A program made the position numbers and the translations under genes. This document shows, piece after piece, positions 51,640 through 63,916 of a DNA stretch of 64,000 bases. The notes under the pieces were generated by a model that was given only the letters and a program-made list of their open reading frames with translations, did not search any database and was not told the origin of the DNA. This DNA comes from Callorhinchus milii (taxonomy: Eukaryota), in contig NW_024704743.1 in assembly GCF_018977255.1 (NCBI RefSeq), positions 87,732,001 through 87,796,000 on the forward strand, read 5' to 3'. Position 1 is the first letter of the stretch, and each line of letters opens with the position of its first letter.

Positions 51640-53235
51640 AAATCATAAATGATAGCCAATATGGGTTCATGAATAGAACGTCTTGCCAATCTAATTTACT
51701 GGTTGTCTTTGACGGTGAGACAAGAGAGCTTGATAAGGGTAAAGCTGTGGATGTTGCATATCTGGATTTCAGTAAGGCCTTTGATAGAGTTCCTCTTGAG
51801 AGGCTGGTACTGAAAGTAACGAAAGTGAGAATCAGTGGAAATATATTACAATGGATACACAACTGGTTGATCGGAATAATAATAATAATAATAATCCTTG
51901 CACTTGATATAGCACTTTTCACGTCGGGAGGACGTCCCAAAGCGCTTCACAGAACACACTGTAAAGTGAATTGACTGTATATTTGTGGGCGAACGCGGCA
52001 GCCAATTGCGCACAGCAATGTCCCACAAACAGTCATAGATTGAAAATGACCAATTTATTATTGTTTTTGGTTTTGGAGGGAATATTATTAGGCGTGTGGA
52101 GTAAGGAAACTTGTCCAAGGTTTCGCCCTGCCTGGAATTGAACTCAGGTCTCTCGCTTGCAAAGCGAGTGCTCTAACCACTGAGCTACAGGACCCCCAGA
52201 CGGGTGGTACAGGGAATGTCATCAGACTGTGAAAATGTTACCAGTGGAGTTCCACAAGGGTCTGTTTTGCAGCCTGTTTTGTTTAATATTTTTATAAATG
52301 ATCTGGAACCTAGGAGATGCAAGCACAGTGGCTAACTTTGCAGATGACACCAAGCTAATGAAGGTGGTAGATTGCAAAAGCTAAATAACATAGTTTATGG
52401 GAGGATTTTAACATACTTGGGAATTAGGCAGATCAGTGGCAGATGAAATTCAATGTGGAGAAATGTAAAGATCTTCACTTGGGGACAAAATTCCTGGAAG
52501 GGAATATTAATTGAATGGAAGGAAACTAATAAGTATGGAAAATGAAAAGGGGGTCCTGGTTGACAATAAATTGAAACTCTCCCAACAATGCTCTGTGGCA
52601 GTGAATAAAGCAAACCAGATGTTAGTTGTATCAAAAGATCAATAGCAAGCCAAAATTGTGGGGTGATCCTGCCACTGTATAAATCATTGGTGAGACCATA
52701 CTTAGAGTACTGTGTACAGTTCTGGTCACCACAGTACAAAAAGGATATTGAAGAAATCAAGAAAATACAGAGGAGGGCAACTAAAATGATTGAGGGAGTG
52801 GAGGGACTGGACTATGAGGAGCAACCAAGTAAATTGGGTATGTTCATACTGGAAAAGAGAAAATTGATTGCTGTCTTAATGATTCTAAGGGGCTAGACAA
52901 TATAGATAATGACAAGCTGTTTCAACTTGTCCAGAATAGTAAAGCCAGAGGACACATTCTGCAATTGAAGGGGGGTAAATTCAGAACAAATCTACTTAAG
53001 CAATATTGTAGTGAGTGAATTGTGAACCTGTGAAACAGACCGCTGAGGGAGACGATTGAAGCAGGAAGTGTTGATTCTTTCAAACACAGATTGGACAGTT
53101 TTCTTTTAGGAAATAACATTATGGGATACAGTACATAGGCAGTTTGGGACATATGTGCATGTGATTGCCAGGAAGGTGGAAGGCGAACTAGACCTTGGTC
53201 TTTTTTCGTCTAGTATTTCTTATGTTCTTATGTTC
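51640..53235 (+). pseudogene. CR1 LINE ORF2 relic interrupted by a SINE
   Basis: SQYGF, YLDFSKAFDRVP, WIHNWL | SINE | [26 protein letters not shown]; tail (TTCTTATG)n. Confidence 0.95.
51875..52196 (-). mobile_element. Young full-length tRNA-Ala-derived SINE
   Basis: Near-identical reverse complement of 26169-26490; splits the CR1 RT domain. Confidence 0.95.
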
Positions 53236-53539
53236 ATATGTAAACCATTATTTGTCATCCTCTACTATAAGGAATATCTACCTAATCCACCCTAATAAAC
53301 CAGCATGGACTGGTTTGAGATGAGTAGCCTGTTTCCATGATATGCATTCTTCGTAAAGCTTTCTTTGTACCCAGCTTCTCATTCTAACTCATTCTGTGCT
53401 GTTGAATTATGACATTGTGATCATTATTGGAGTCCTCAATGGTTCAAGTTTCCAAATTACTATTGCAAGCATCTTTGTCAAAACAGCAATGATATTGAAC
53501 TTTTTTCTATATCTGTCTCTTTACTTGTGTGGTTGTAAC

Positions 53540-55308
53540 CTGAAACCCACCACCTGCTCCCTTGAACCCATCCCCACTTCACTCCTTATCTCTCAGCTCC
53601 ACCTCCTTGCCGCACTTATCACAGACATCATCAACCTGTCCCTCTCCTCTGGCATTGTTCCCATTCCCCTAAAAACTGCCATCATCACTCCCACTTTGAA
53701 AAAACCCTCCCTTGATGCATCGCAGCTATTAAGCTATCGGCCCATCTCCAACCTCCCCTTCCTGTCCAAGGCCCTTGAAAGAGTTGTCGCCTCCCAGCTG
53801 TGCTCTTTCTTCTCCACCCATTCATTATTTGAACACCTTCAGTCGGGTTTCTGTGCTGCCCATAGCTCAGAAACCACCCTGGTCAAGGTCACCAATGACA
53901 TCTTGACCATCTGCGACCAGGGTTCCCTCTGCCTCCTCGACCTATCGGCAGCATTCGATACGGTTGACCACGCTATCCTCCTCCACCGCTTGTCCTCCCA
54001 CCTCAACCTTCAAGGCCCTGTCCTTGAGTGGTTTAGGTCGTACCTCTCCCACCGTCTTCATTTTGTTTCCACAAACGGCTTTTCCTCCAGCCCCCGCACT
54101 GTCTCGTGTGATGTCCCTCAGGGCTCTGTCCTCGGTCCCCTCCTCTTCACCCTCTATATGCTCCCACTTGGTGATATCATCCACAGACATGGGGTCAACT
54201 TCCACATGTATGCGGATGACACCCAACTCTACCTTTCCTCCTCTACCCTCAACTCCACGACCACCGATGTCCTAACAGCCTGCCTGCCTGACATCGAGTC
54301 CTGGACGAGAGACAACTTTCTTCAGCTAAACATGCGCAAAACTGAGGCCCTCCTGATTGGCTCGTATCAGCGCCTCCGCACCTCAGGCGCTGACAGCATC
54401 AGCATCCAAGGCTGCACTCTCCACCTCTCAAAGCCAGTCAGGAACCTTGGCATTCTGTACAACCCTGAGCTGTCCTTTCTCCCTCATATCCGCGCCACAA
54501 CTGGCACCGCCTTCCATCACCTCCGAAACATCGCCAGACTACGGCACTACCTCACCCCTCACGCTGCTGAAACCCTGGTCCACGCCTTTATCACCTCAAG
54601 GCTGGACTATGGGAACTCTCTCCTCGCCGGCCTTCCCGCCACCTCCCTCCACAAGCTGCAGGTCATTCAGAACACTGCAGCTCGTGTACTGTCCCGCACC
54701 AGGCTTCGGACCACATCACTCCCACCCTCGCTCGCCTCCACTGGCTCCCCATCCCCCAGAGGATCGAATTTCAGCGCCTTGGGACGTCCTCCTGACGTGA
54801 AAGGCGCTTTATAAATGGAATCTTGTTGTTGTTGTTGAATTCAAGATCCTCATCCTCACCTACAAGGTCATTCACGACCTTGCTCCCTCCTACCTCTCCG
54901 ACCTACTATCCCCCTACCTACCTGCCCGTACCCTCCGTTCCTCTGGCTCCGGTTTGCTCCACATCCCCCGCCCCAACCGCCCTACTGTCAGTGGCCGGGC
55001 CTTCAGCCTCTCAGCCCCTAGGCTCTGGAACTCAATCCCCCAGTGCCTTCGCCTTGCCTCTTCCCCCTTTCCTCCTTCAAGGCCGGTCTCAAGACCTTTC
55101 TCTTTGACCGTGCCTTCAGCTCCCCTCTCGACTCTCTACCCCCTCCTCGCTCCCTCCCTTCCCTCCCCTCACCCTGACCATTTCCCCCCTGCTCGGGGCC
55201 CAACCCAACTGTCCAGCGCCTTGGGACGTCCTCCCAACGTGAAAGGCGCTATATCAAATGCAAGGATTATTATTATTATTATTATAAATGGAATCTTGTT
55301 GTGGTTGT
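53540..55308 (+). pseudogene. L2 LINE ORF2 (open RT domain) and 3' end, 5'-truncated and disrupted at 54771
   Basis: [50 protein letters not shown] in one frame; the first ~48 codons of the 472-aa ORF are flanking DNA. Confidence 0.97.
54771..54836 (+). mobile_element. Hairpin-plus-(TTG)n mini-insertion within L2, TSD GAATT
   Basis: GAATT at 54766-54770 and 54837-54841; removing the insert restores ...QRIEFKILILTYK. Confidence 0.9.
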
Positions 55309-55997
55309 CTCTCTGAGGAAGCGGCACAGCTTCTAGCTCTTCTGAATAAGGCCTTTGTCACCTTTTGCAATAATGTTGCTGTGGATCATTGCCTGAATTC
55401 CCTAAAGAAATTAATCGGGTTCCTGTTTCTAAGGAAGATCAAGGCTGCAGCCATTTCACCGCTACAGCAGAATGGTTTTAACCAATTAGTATACCCTCAT
55501 ACCCTACATCAGTGTCTGCTAGGTGAATTCAGATATGAATACTGTATATTGGCTTATAAACCCTCTTTACACCTTTGTAGTTACATAAGGATTCCTTTGT
55601 GGCCCTACAGCTCCCTTTTATTGCTACCCTCTTCAGGTAATGCAAATAAAACTACAAATGGAACAAATGCCAATTTGCTAACTACAGACTTCTCAACACA
55701 GTCCCACAAAGCCATAAGCCTTCCCAAACAGATCAAAGACGTAATGGCTACTCCAACCACAGTTAAATAACCCCTTGTGCGTTGAGCCTCGGAGGCTGAA
55801 GAAAATGATAAATATCCCAGTTAAATTGACTTGCAGCATCAATTAAGTGTCTTAATCGCTTATTTCAACAAGGATTTGCAAATTAAGAAATTTGTAGTAG
55901 TAGGATTAAATTTAGTACCTCAATTTCAAACACACAATCTTACCATACCAATTTTCTTACCATACTCAATTTTCCTTAATGGATACATTTTACTAAC

Positions 55998-56057
55998 ATG
56001 AACCCAGGCCCTTTCGCTTGCGAGATGAGTGATCTCACCACTAAGCTACAGGACTCC
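55998..56057 (-). mobile_element. Isolated tRNA-Ala-like SINE head
   Basis: Reverse strand GGAGTCCTGTAGCTTAGTGG...CTCGCAAGCGAAAGGGCCTGGGTTCA. Confidence 0.75.
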
Positions 56058-57048
56058 ACAATATTAATCGAGGAAGGGAAAAGGTTTAATAGTTTACAAA
56101 CGAGTTAAAATAAAATAATTTATTGTGCACTCCTCTGCAGAATATTCCTATCCAGTTGCAGTTGGGCTATTCTCAATGAAAACTAATCATTTATATTTGC
56201 TTCAAGCATTATCCAATATTTTTACTTGTAATTAAATTAAGAGGCACCATAGTAAGAGCAGTTTCACCTACAATTTTGAAGTACGCCAGCAGCAGCATAG
56301 GACATTCAGAACACTACTGTAATATAAGGCTGGATTCCTTAAAACAATTTGCAACAGTCTGCATGGTGCTCTGGAGCACTGGTACTCCCAATACACAGTG
56401 GTTCAGAATAATTGGATGTGAGCTTTTTCCCCTAGCTACCATTAGCAGCAAGGTATCACAAACACTGCAATGGTTAATGCATTAATGAAAAAAACAGAAA
56501 TCTACATATCTTTCCTGTTGAGATGTTTGCTCTTCCTTGATGTAAGTTTTCATTGATGCAGTGATCATTGTGTGGTACTACTGCATGACTATCCTCCTCG
56601 GAAGTTCAGGAGTAATGTATTTAACAAAACACAGACAAATGATTTAAAATACCACGAAAATATCCGATAGATTAAAACTGCTACTTGACCTTTGATTTTA
56701 ATGTCAGTGAAAGTACAAAGGCAATGACCATTGGTTTCAAATAAACTCAATAATTTGGGGCATATCCACAGGATTGTCATTGGAAGCGTTAATAACAACA
56801 TCAACTTGCATTCATATAGTGCCTTTCATGCAGGGCAGCGTCTTGAAACACTTGGAAGGGGAAGGTCACAAGAACATTTTTCCAGAGTACTTTTTCAGAG
56901 TATTATTAGACTATGAAGTGCTTTGCCACAAGTGCCTCATGAGGCTGAGATCAAAACAATGCCTATAAAAAGGGGATTGAGAAAGTATTTAAGGAGAAAC
57001 AATATTAAACGGCATGGTGAAGAGCAAGGAATTGGGATTCTAGAGGCA

Positions 57049-57360
57049 GGTGTCAGTTGGAAGCACTCTCGCCTCCGACTCAGAAGTTTGTGAGTTCAAG
57101 CCCCACATTGGGACTTGGAACTCATAGTCTATGCTGGCAATCCAATCCAGTGTTGGGGGTGTGCTGCATTGTCGGAGGTGCCATCTTTCAGATGAGGTGT
57201 TAAATCAAGGTATTGTTTCGCTGTTCAGGTGGAAGTTAAAGATCCCATGACACTATTCACAAAGGGAAAGTGTTGTTCCTGGAGTCCTGGGCAACAATTC
57301 CCCAGGATTGAGCTGTCCTTCTGACATCAGAGATACTACATTAAATGTAAGTTGTTTTTT
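57049..57360 (+). mobile_element. Old Deu-domain SINE
   Basis: GCACTCTCGCCTCCGACTCAGAAG head; GTGCTGCATTGTCGGAGGTGCCATCTTTCAGATGAG Deu core. Confidence 0.9.
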
Positions 57361-57823
57361 TACTATAATCCTTTGTGTGAAGAAATGTCTCTTGTAGCGC
57401 CAAACTCCTTAACCTCTCCAGCCAATCCCTCACATTGCACACCTACACCCTTACCTAACACCTAATGCAGCCAAAACCCTCATTCACACTTTCATTACCT
57501 CTCTCCTCTCCCTGTTAAGCAATCTGAGATTCTATCCTCCGTGAAGAGTGCTATATAAATTCAAGTTGATCTCAGTTCTGTCTCACTTAGCTCTAATTTT
57601 GATGATATCCTCCTTTGTAATAGATCCTTCTTGAAGTTTCTCTAAGGATCATTCATGTCCTGCTCCTACTCAGACTTTGTGTCTGTAAACTCATATGGAT
57701 ATTGTTAGGAAATCCTACATAATTTGACATGACCATTTTTCACAGGAACACCAATATCAATGCTCGCAAATAAAAGAACGAAGCTTTGTAGACACAAGAT
57801 GGCAGCAATGGCGATAAAATGGT

Positions 57824-58203
57824 GGAGTCCTAGAGCTTAGTGGTTAAAGCACTCGCTCTGCAAGTGAGAGAACCTGAGTTAGATTCCTGGCAGGGTGAAA
57901 TGTTCGGCAAGTTTCCTTACTCCAAATGCCTCTGTTCACCTAGGAATAAGTAGGAACTCGGTTGTTAGTCGATTGGTGCTTTTCCGGGGGAAACAATCCC
58001 TTCAATAAAAATAAATTAAAAAATAATAATTTGGTCACTCAATCCACGACTGTTTGTGGGATACTGCTGTGCGTAATTGGCTGCTATGTTTCGCCCACAA
58101 AATATACAGTCAATTCACTTTACAGTATATTCTGTAAAGCGCTTTGAGACATCTCGAAGACGTGATAAGACGCTATATTAAAATGGAAGGCTTCTTATTA
58201 TTA
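57824..58203 (+). mobile_element. Long-variant tRNA-Ala SINE with an extra ~55-bp central block
   Basis: Same head and tail as 26169, plus CTGTTCACCTAGGAATAAGTAGGAACTCGGTTGTTAGTCGATTGG. Confidence 0.9.
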
Positions 58204-59214
58204 GATTTGACAGACAAGCCCAAGGCAAATTTCCAATAATATTGGCAACCCTGAGAGTTGTGCTTTGTGGAGTACACTGATCTTAACACCCAAGCGATGT
58301 CAATTGTTTCATATTTGGAACAGATACAGTAAACACATTCTGAGTAGAAATTCCATCTCCCACATCGTCACCTACACCAAACTCTGAATGTCCATTACAT
58401 CAATCTTTTCCAGGATCCATTGGCTCCTATAGAACTCCCTTGATCAAGGGAGAACTCAAACTGTCTCGCCTCCTCTCCAACTTTCTTTAAATCCTGCCTA
58501 AAATCTTCGACCGTATGTACAGTCACCTTTCCCATCCTGTCCCTATGAAGCACTGGGAGAAATTATTCTAAATGAATGCAAATTATCTGCAAATGCTCGG
58601 AAAAATAAAACATTAGAAGACTTTTCCTCTCAGCTACATAAAATCAGTGGACCACTGCAAGGAGTGAAACAGTGAAAAGTCCAAGTTGATGGATAACATT
58701 TAAAGGAGTATAGACTACTTAAACAGACATTTAAAAAGGGAAGGAAATGTGCTTGGTAGATAAATAAAAATAAGACTGCATAACTTTTATCTTTTCAAAC
58801 TTGCAGAAGGGCACTGCAAAGCATCGTAAATAAATTCATTCAAGCAGATGACAGAAAACAATTATCATTATCAGTTTTTATCAACCCTGTAGATTTTAAA
58901 CAGAACCCCCAAAGACACAGAGTAGACATTTTCAACACAAAACAATAAAACGCTTGCATGGAATGACAGTACAGATAACAACAACAACTTGCACTTATAT
59001 AGCGCCCTCAACGCAGGGCAGTGTCTCACAGATCTTAAAATGGTGCAACAATATCAAAAGAACAACAATTTCTATTTATATTGCACCCTTTATGCAGGGT
59101 AGCATCTCGGAGAAGTGAAAGAAGAACAATCTCATTGAATTGCCACCTTAAAGTGTTATTAAAATCTAAGAAATATAGCATTACGATATAAAGTAGAATT
59201 TCTGCAGAGTTAAG

Positions 59215-59740
59215 TTCATTTAGTCTAGGCTGACATTTTAATTTAGAGCTGGGGGAGCGTAATATTGATAAATGTGCTGTCCTTCGGACACATTGTTAAA
59301 CCAAGGTCCCGTCTGCTTGTTCAGGTGGATATTAAAGTTCTTATAGCATTACTCGAAAAGAGAAGGGAATTTTTCCCAGTGTCCTGGTCAACAATCCTGC
59401 AAATAAAATTGCAGGATTGTTGGCCAGGACACTGGGAGAAATTCCTTTCTGGCCAAAGATTCTGCAAGGAAGTAATTCACTTCATGGCTGTTTGTGGGAC
59501 ATTGTTATGTGCAAATTGGCTGTCGCGTTCATCTGCAAAACATACAGAAGCACTTTGAGACATCCTCTAAGTGTGAAAGGTGCCACATCAAAGGCAAAGA
59601 TTATTATTTTTATTTAAAAAACGTGCCTACAAAATACACAGTTATTACACTCAACAGTGATTCCTGTGAAGTGCTTTGAGGCATTCACCAGACATGAATG
59701 GTGCGAGATCAAATAGAAGGATTATTATTTTATTTTATAC
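59215..59740 (+). mobile_element. Deu SINE with an internal 42-bp inverted duplication and two 3' tails
   Basis: Deu core, fold-back at 59361-59450, tails ending near 59610 and 59735. Confidence 0.85.
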
Positions 59741-60935
59741 TGAACTCTTTTTTGATGATGAAGACAATGCTTTCCTTTACAAAAAAAATCCTGGCCAGCA
59801 TGATTGACATTTTTTTGTCAGGTATTGCATGCACACATTCCCTCAAATGATTTTGTTCCTTCTTAAATGTACGTGAAAGTTTTTGGAAATGGGTCAAGGA
59901 GTGTATGAGACAATGCTGTTTCGTTTCATGTTCTGAGAGCTTTGAAATTCATTCCGTGAGCAGCTCACCACGAGACTGAGTGAAGCTCTTGGCCCTCATG
60001 CTTTGAAACCAAAAGCAGGAATAGTTTCTATAGTTTGGAGAAGGGAAAGAGGACTAAAAGATCAAAGGGACTACAAAGGACTGGATCCATGAAGAGAAAA
60101 GTCAAATCTGAAAGATTTGCTCATCCTTGTACTGTCATTTTTTTTAAACAAAAGAACTCTAATGATCATGAGGTATTAGGGTATAAGTTTTAGTGAGTGA
60201 ATAACTGTAATGTTTGCCAGCTTTCATCACAGTGTGAACTTTAGGGAGCTTGGTACCACAGGGTTAAGGAACTGGAAAATAACACATGATTAATCAGATT
60301 TATATTGCCATGAATGAGTCTAATGAGCTATTGTGCACTGCATCCATTCTCAATTGCACTGCAAGTTACACAATGAGTTTCTTTATATTGATATTCAGTC
60401 TATGTTTGAACATTGGGGATTATCCCATTGTAAGCACACAGACTGATGAAGGTTAATAAATTTACTAACAAAGGAGGAGTAACCCTCTCCCCAATGTTTT
60501 ATACTATGTTTACTTGGAACTATTGGGATAAGATCTGTGGTGTTTCTTACATGTTCCTTAAATGAGCACCAATGTTAATTAACATTGATGTGAGTTACCA
60601 TTCCTAGCATCACACTGAAGCTGCTGTAATACACTGACGGCTCACTGGAGGCAAATCCCCCTGTCCCCTCCAAATTCACAGATTTTTAAATTCAATTCAT
60701 CTACACTGTCGTGGATTTCAATTATTGAGGTTGAAGGCTACTTTTTTTGGTCCTCAGAGAGCGAGCTTACTTTTTTTGTTATATTAGAAAAGAATTACAG
60801 TCATACATCGTTTTTCATGTCAGGACAACTTCACAACTGCAGCTGGAGAGGGGAGTTAGAGCTGAGGAGGATGGCAGCTTTGGTGGGGTGGTGGTGGTGG
60901 TGACCAAAAGTGCGATGAAAAAGGTATGTCTTAAG

Positions 60936-61098
60936 AGACTGTTTGTGGGACACTGCTGTGCGCAATTGGCTGCCGTGTTTCGCCCACAAATATACGGTCA
61001 ATTCACTTTACAGTCTGTTCTGTGAAGCGCTTTGCGACGTCGAGAAAACATGAAAAGTACTATATCAAATGCAAGGACTATTATTATTATTATTATTA
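60936..61098 (+). mobile_element. 5'-truncated SINE inside an L2 relic
   Basis: GACTGTTTGTGGGACACTGCTGTGCGCAATTGG...(TTA)n. Confidence 0.9.
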
Positions 61099-61181
61099 GC
61101 TTTAAAGGTAGGGAAGTCAGTGGTACTCTGGAATAGAACTCCCCACGCTGTCACCCTTCTCAGTTCCATTCCCCTCCACTC

Positions 61182-61629
61182 CATTTGATAAGCATAATTA
61201 TCGAATCTGTTATAAAATGTTAATTTTTTCAGCCCCACATTCTTTTCATAACAAGATGGTAATTGTTACCATTTTTGCTGTGTATTATGTAAATAACATT
61301 AAAATCAATTTTGCTTTTTTTAAAACAGAATTTCTTAAGAATTCTGGAAGTCCAGAACGACGATTCTTAGTAAGCCTCCTACACAATCTGTTTCTGGAGT
61401 GGAGTTCCCTTGAGACAGTGTGACTAAACGATTCAATTGGCAGAAGGAGTCCCCATTCGGATTTCTAAATTAAGAAATCCCCCATTAAGAAGTACCGCAC
61501 ATTTGACATCTATGAGGTGGAAACATGCTGGACATTTCCTAATAGATTCAGGATTACATTTGATAATTATCAAATCAGTTATAAAATGTTATCTTTTTCA
61601 CCGCCACATTCTTTTCCTAACAAGATGGT
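61182..61629. repeat. Dispersed direct repeat of ~75 bp (61182-61260 and 61557-61629)
   Basis: CATTTGATA...GTTATAAAATGTTA.TTTTTCA..CCACATTCTTTTC.TAACAAGATGGT occurs twice. Confidence 0.9.
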
Positions 61630-61699
61630 GTGAAATGCTGGACAAACATTCAGCTTGTGCAAATAAGAATTAAAACAAAATAGTACACAAGTCAAACAT

Positions 61700-61960
61700 G
61701 TGAGAGATTCGAAATTAGACCGCAGTCCAATTGGCCTGAAACACCATTTTGTCTAAGTTTATAAAGATTTAAGATTACATAGAATTGCAGAAATTTCTTA
61801 AATTCAGTTTAAATGCAGAGGTTGCTCCTTTTAAAAACCATGGAAAGCCGAGTTCTAAATTAACTCGAAATTTAAGATTCTTTTACCACAACTATGCACC
61901 ACCTTAAATTTTAAGACAAGATGTTAGCTTGAGACAAGTTGAAATAGCTAGGTGGGGTCA
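61700..61960. mobile_element. Palindromic MITE-family copy
   Basis: ACCATTTTGTCTAA / TTAAGACAAGATGTT and TTTCTTAAATT / AATTTAAGATT inverted pairs; similar to 43011 and 49348. Confidence 0.6.
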
Positions 61961-63789
61961 TACAAGACACGTAGTCTGATTATGGTGGAGGATTTGCGGA
62001 AGGCTCTTGAAATTCAGTTTGCACAAGTCTTAAGTTGTGCACGACCAAGAAACATGATTACAGTGAACATTGCGTTTGTTTAAAGATTTGTATCAAAATC
62101 TCAGTTAGTATATTGCATTAAAACTAAGGTCATGTTACTGATGCCAATCCTGTAGCGTATGTTAGAATATACCAATTTTTGGACGCAGACACTCAGGACA
62201 AAACATAACACTGCTACTTTGAAACTCTCATTCTAAGAGACTATAATTTAACCACTACAGTTTCTAACCAGCGGAATAGTCACATTGAATAAATGTTCCA
62301 CTCGAAAGTGAGAAGGTTCCCAGTGCCTTGCCAACAGAAAAAGAGTCTTACAAAACAAATTGTTTTCTGTAAGCAAAGTCATGTATGCTACGCTGGCTTG
62401 TGAGACATTGGTTTTGACCCAAGATCACCTCAGAGCCAAAGTCTCATGAATCAGCATGATGTACAGAGGATTTTCTGCACAAAACATTGTTTACATTGTA
62501 AGTATATGTTTCAACAGTGAGAGGCAACACTGTTGGGGTGGTGGAGAGCGTGGTAGAGACAATTGACACTGACGAGTTTCGGTACTATAGATTCTCTGTA
62601 ATTCTATATAGAATAATCTCGTTGAATAATAAAATTTAATGTCACCAATGGAATAACTAATGGCAGACTCAAGTATTATAAACAGAAGTGCATTACATCT
62701 ACCCTGACTTCCCACTGTAGCTTAAACTGTTCTTGCGGTTTAGCTGCATCTGCCTGCCTGGAACTGAAAAAATAAACCATGAAAGACAAAAACAAAAAAA
62801 ATAAAAGAAATAAAAGAGTGAAACAAGACAGATTAAATACACCGAAAGAAAGAAAACTGAATGGGTGAAATAAAAGAAGCAAAAAAAAAGAACAAAAGAA
62901 AAAAAGTATAGTACGCTATAACAATAATAATTCATTGATGATTGAATGTCCTTTTTAGCTTAAAATTATAAAAAACATTTCCATCGCATGACGTCCATGG
63001 TTTAATCTAAGTTTCTGCTGATGAATATTAAATAAATTGAGTATTGTGTGGAATTTGCATTCACTGAACCCTGGCTGTGGCAGAATAGTATAGAGAGATA
63101 GCACTCCCTCTACCAACAGAACAATTAAACTGTCATTAGCTTTGTGTGTTGATGCAGAAATACCACTGTAGTCTTCAAAGGGTAAGTGACAGAGAAGAAT
63201 TACTTCTGAATCACTGGTCCATATACCCACAAAAATTGCTATGGAGTAGCAACTTTGAAGGCAGATCCTGCAGATTTAAGTGAATACTGTATTGGACCAA
63301 GAAAAAATGCAGCAGTGGAAAGTAAACTGAGCAAACACACCCAAGAGGATGCTCATTTTTTTTCCATCGATTCTCAAACTGTTGTCCCAGATAACAGCTG
63401 AGGACATGGAAATGCTGGATTAAAGGCAGAAATTTGTTTTGCAAAATTTGAAACAAAATAGTGTTAGTGCATTTTACAAACACAAAGACAGTGTGGAAAT
63501 ATAATCATAGATCCTGACACTGTGTTGAAATTGTCAATATTTAAATCTAACGCTGAAGACAATTTCAACATAGGAATTCAGGGAATACAAAGCTCCCTTG
63601 AGGTGTGATTTGTGTTATTGAGTCTGTCTTCCTATGGAGGGCTGTTATGGAATTGGGGTCAGAGTGTACGTGGGGGAGGGTCTGATTCCCACAGCAGCTG
63701 CATTTCTACATATTGGCCCAGGTGCAGTTATATTATTGAAGTGTTGGAATTATTCAGTAGTTAAGTGAGGTAGAGAAAGAAAAAAAATG

Positions 63790-63916
63790 CTTGTGTGTGA
63801 TAGAAACAGACAGTGAGTAAATATGTGGTGTGTGCACTTGTGTGTGTTTGGGTGGGGGGGGTGGGGTGGTGATAGCAACAGATAATGGGTGTGTGTGTGA
63901 GAGAGAGAGAGAGAGA
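63790..63916. repeat. (TG)n/(GA)n low-complexity tract
   Basis: GTGTGTGTGTGA(GA)n and adjacent TG-rich sequence. Confidence 0.9.

Noticed and set aside
53396..54814. 472-aa ORF as a functional or domesticated RT gene
   Set aside because: No endonuclease domain, the start lies in flanking DNA, and the C-terminus is frameshifted and interrupted; it is a truncated L2.
62676..62935. Phe/Leu-rich apparently transmembrane ORFs
   Set aside because: Antisense of an A-rich low-complexity tract.
63210..63400. 63-codon open frame (ITGPYTHKNCYG...VVPDNS*)
   Set aside because: No convincing acceptor or recognisable homology.
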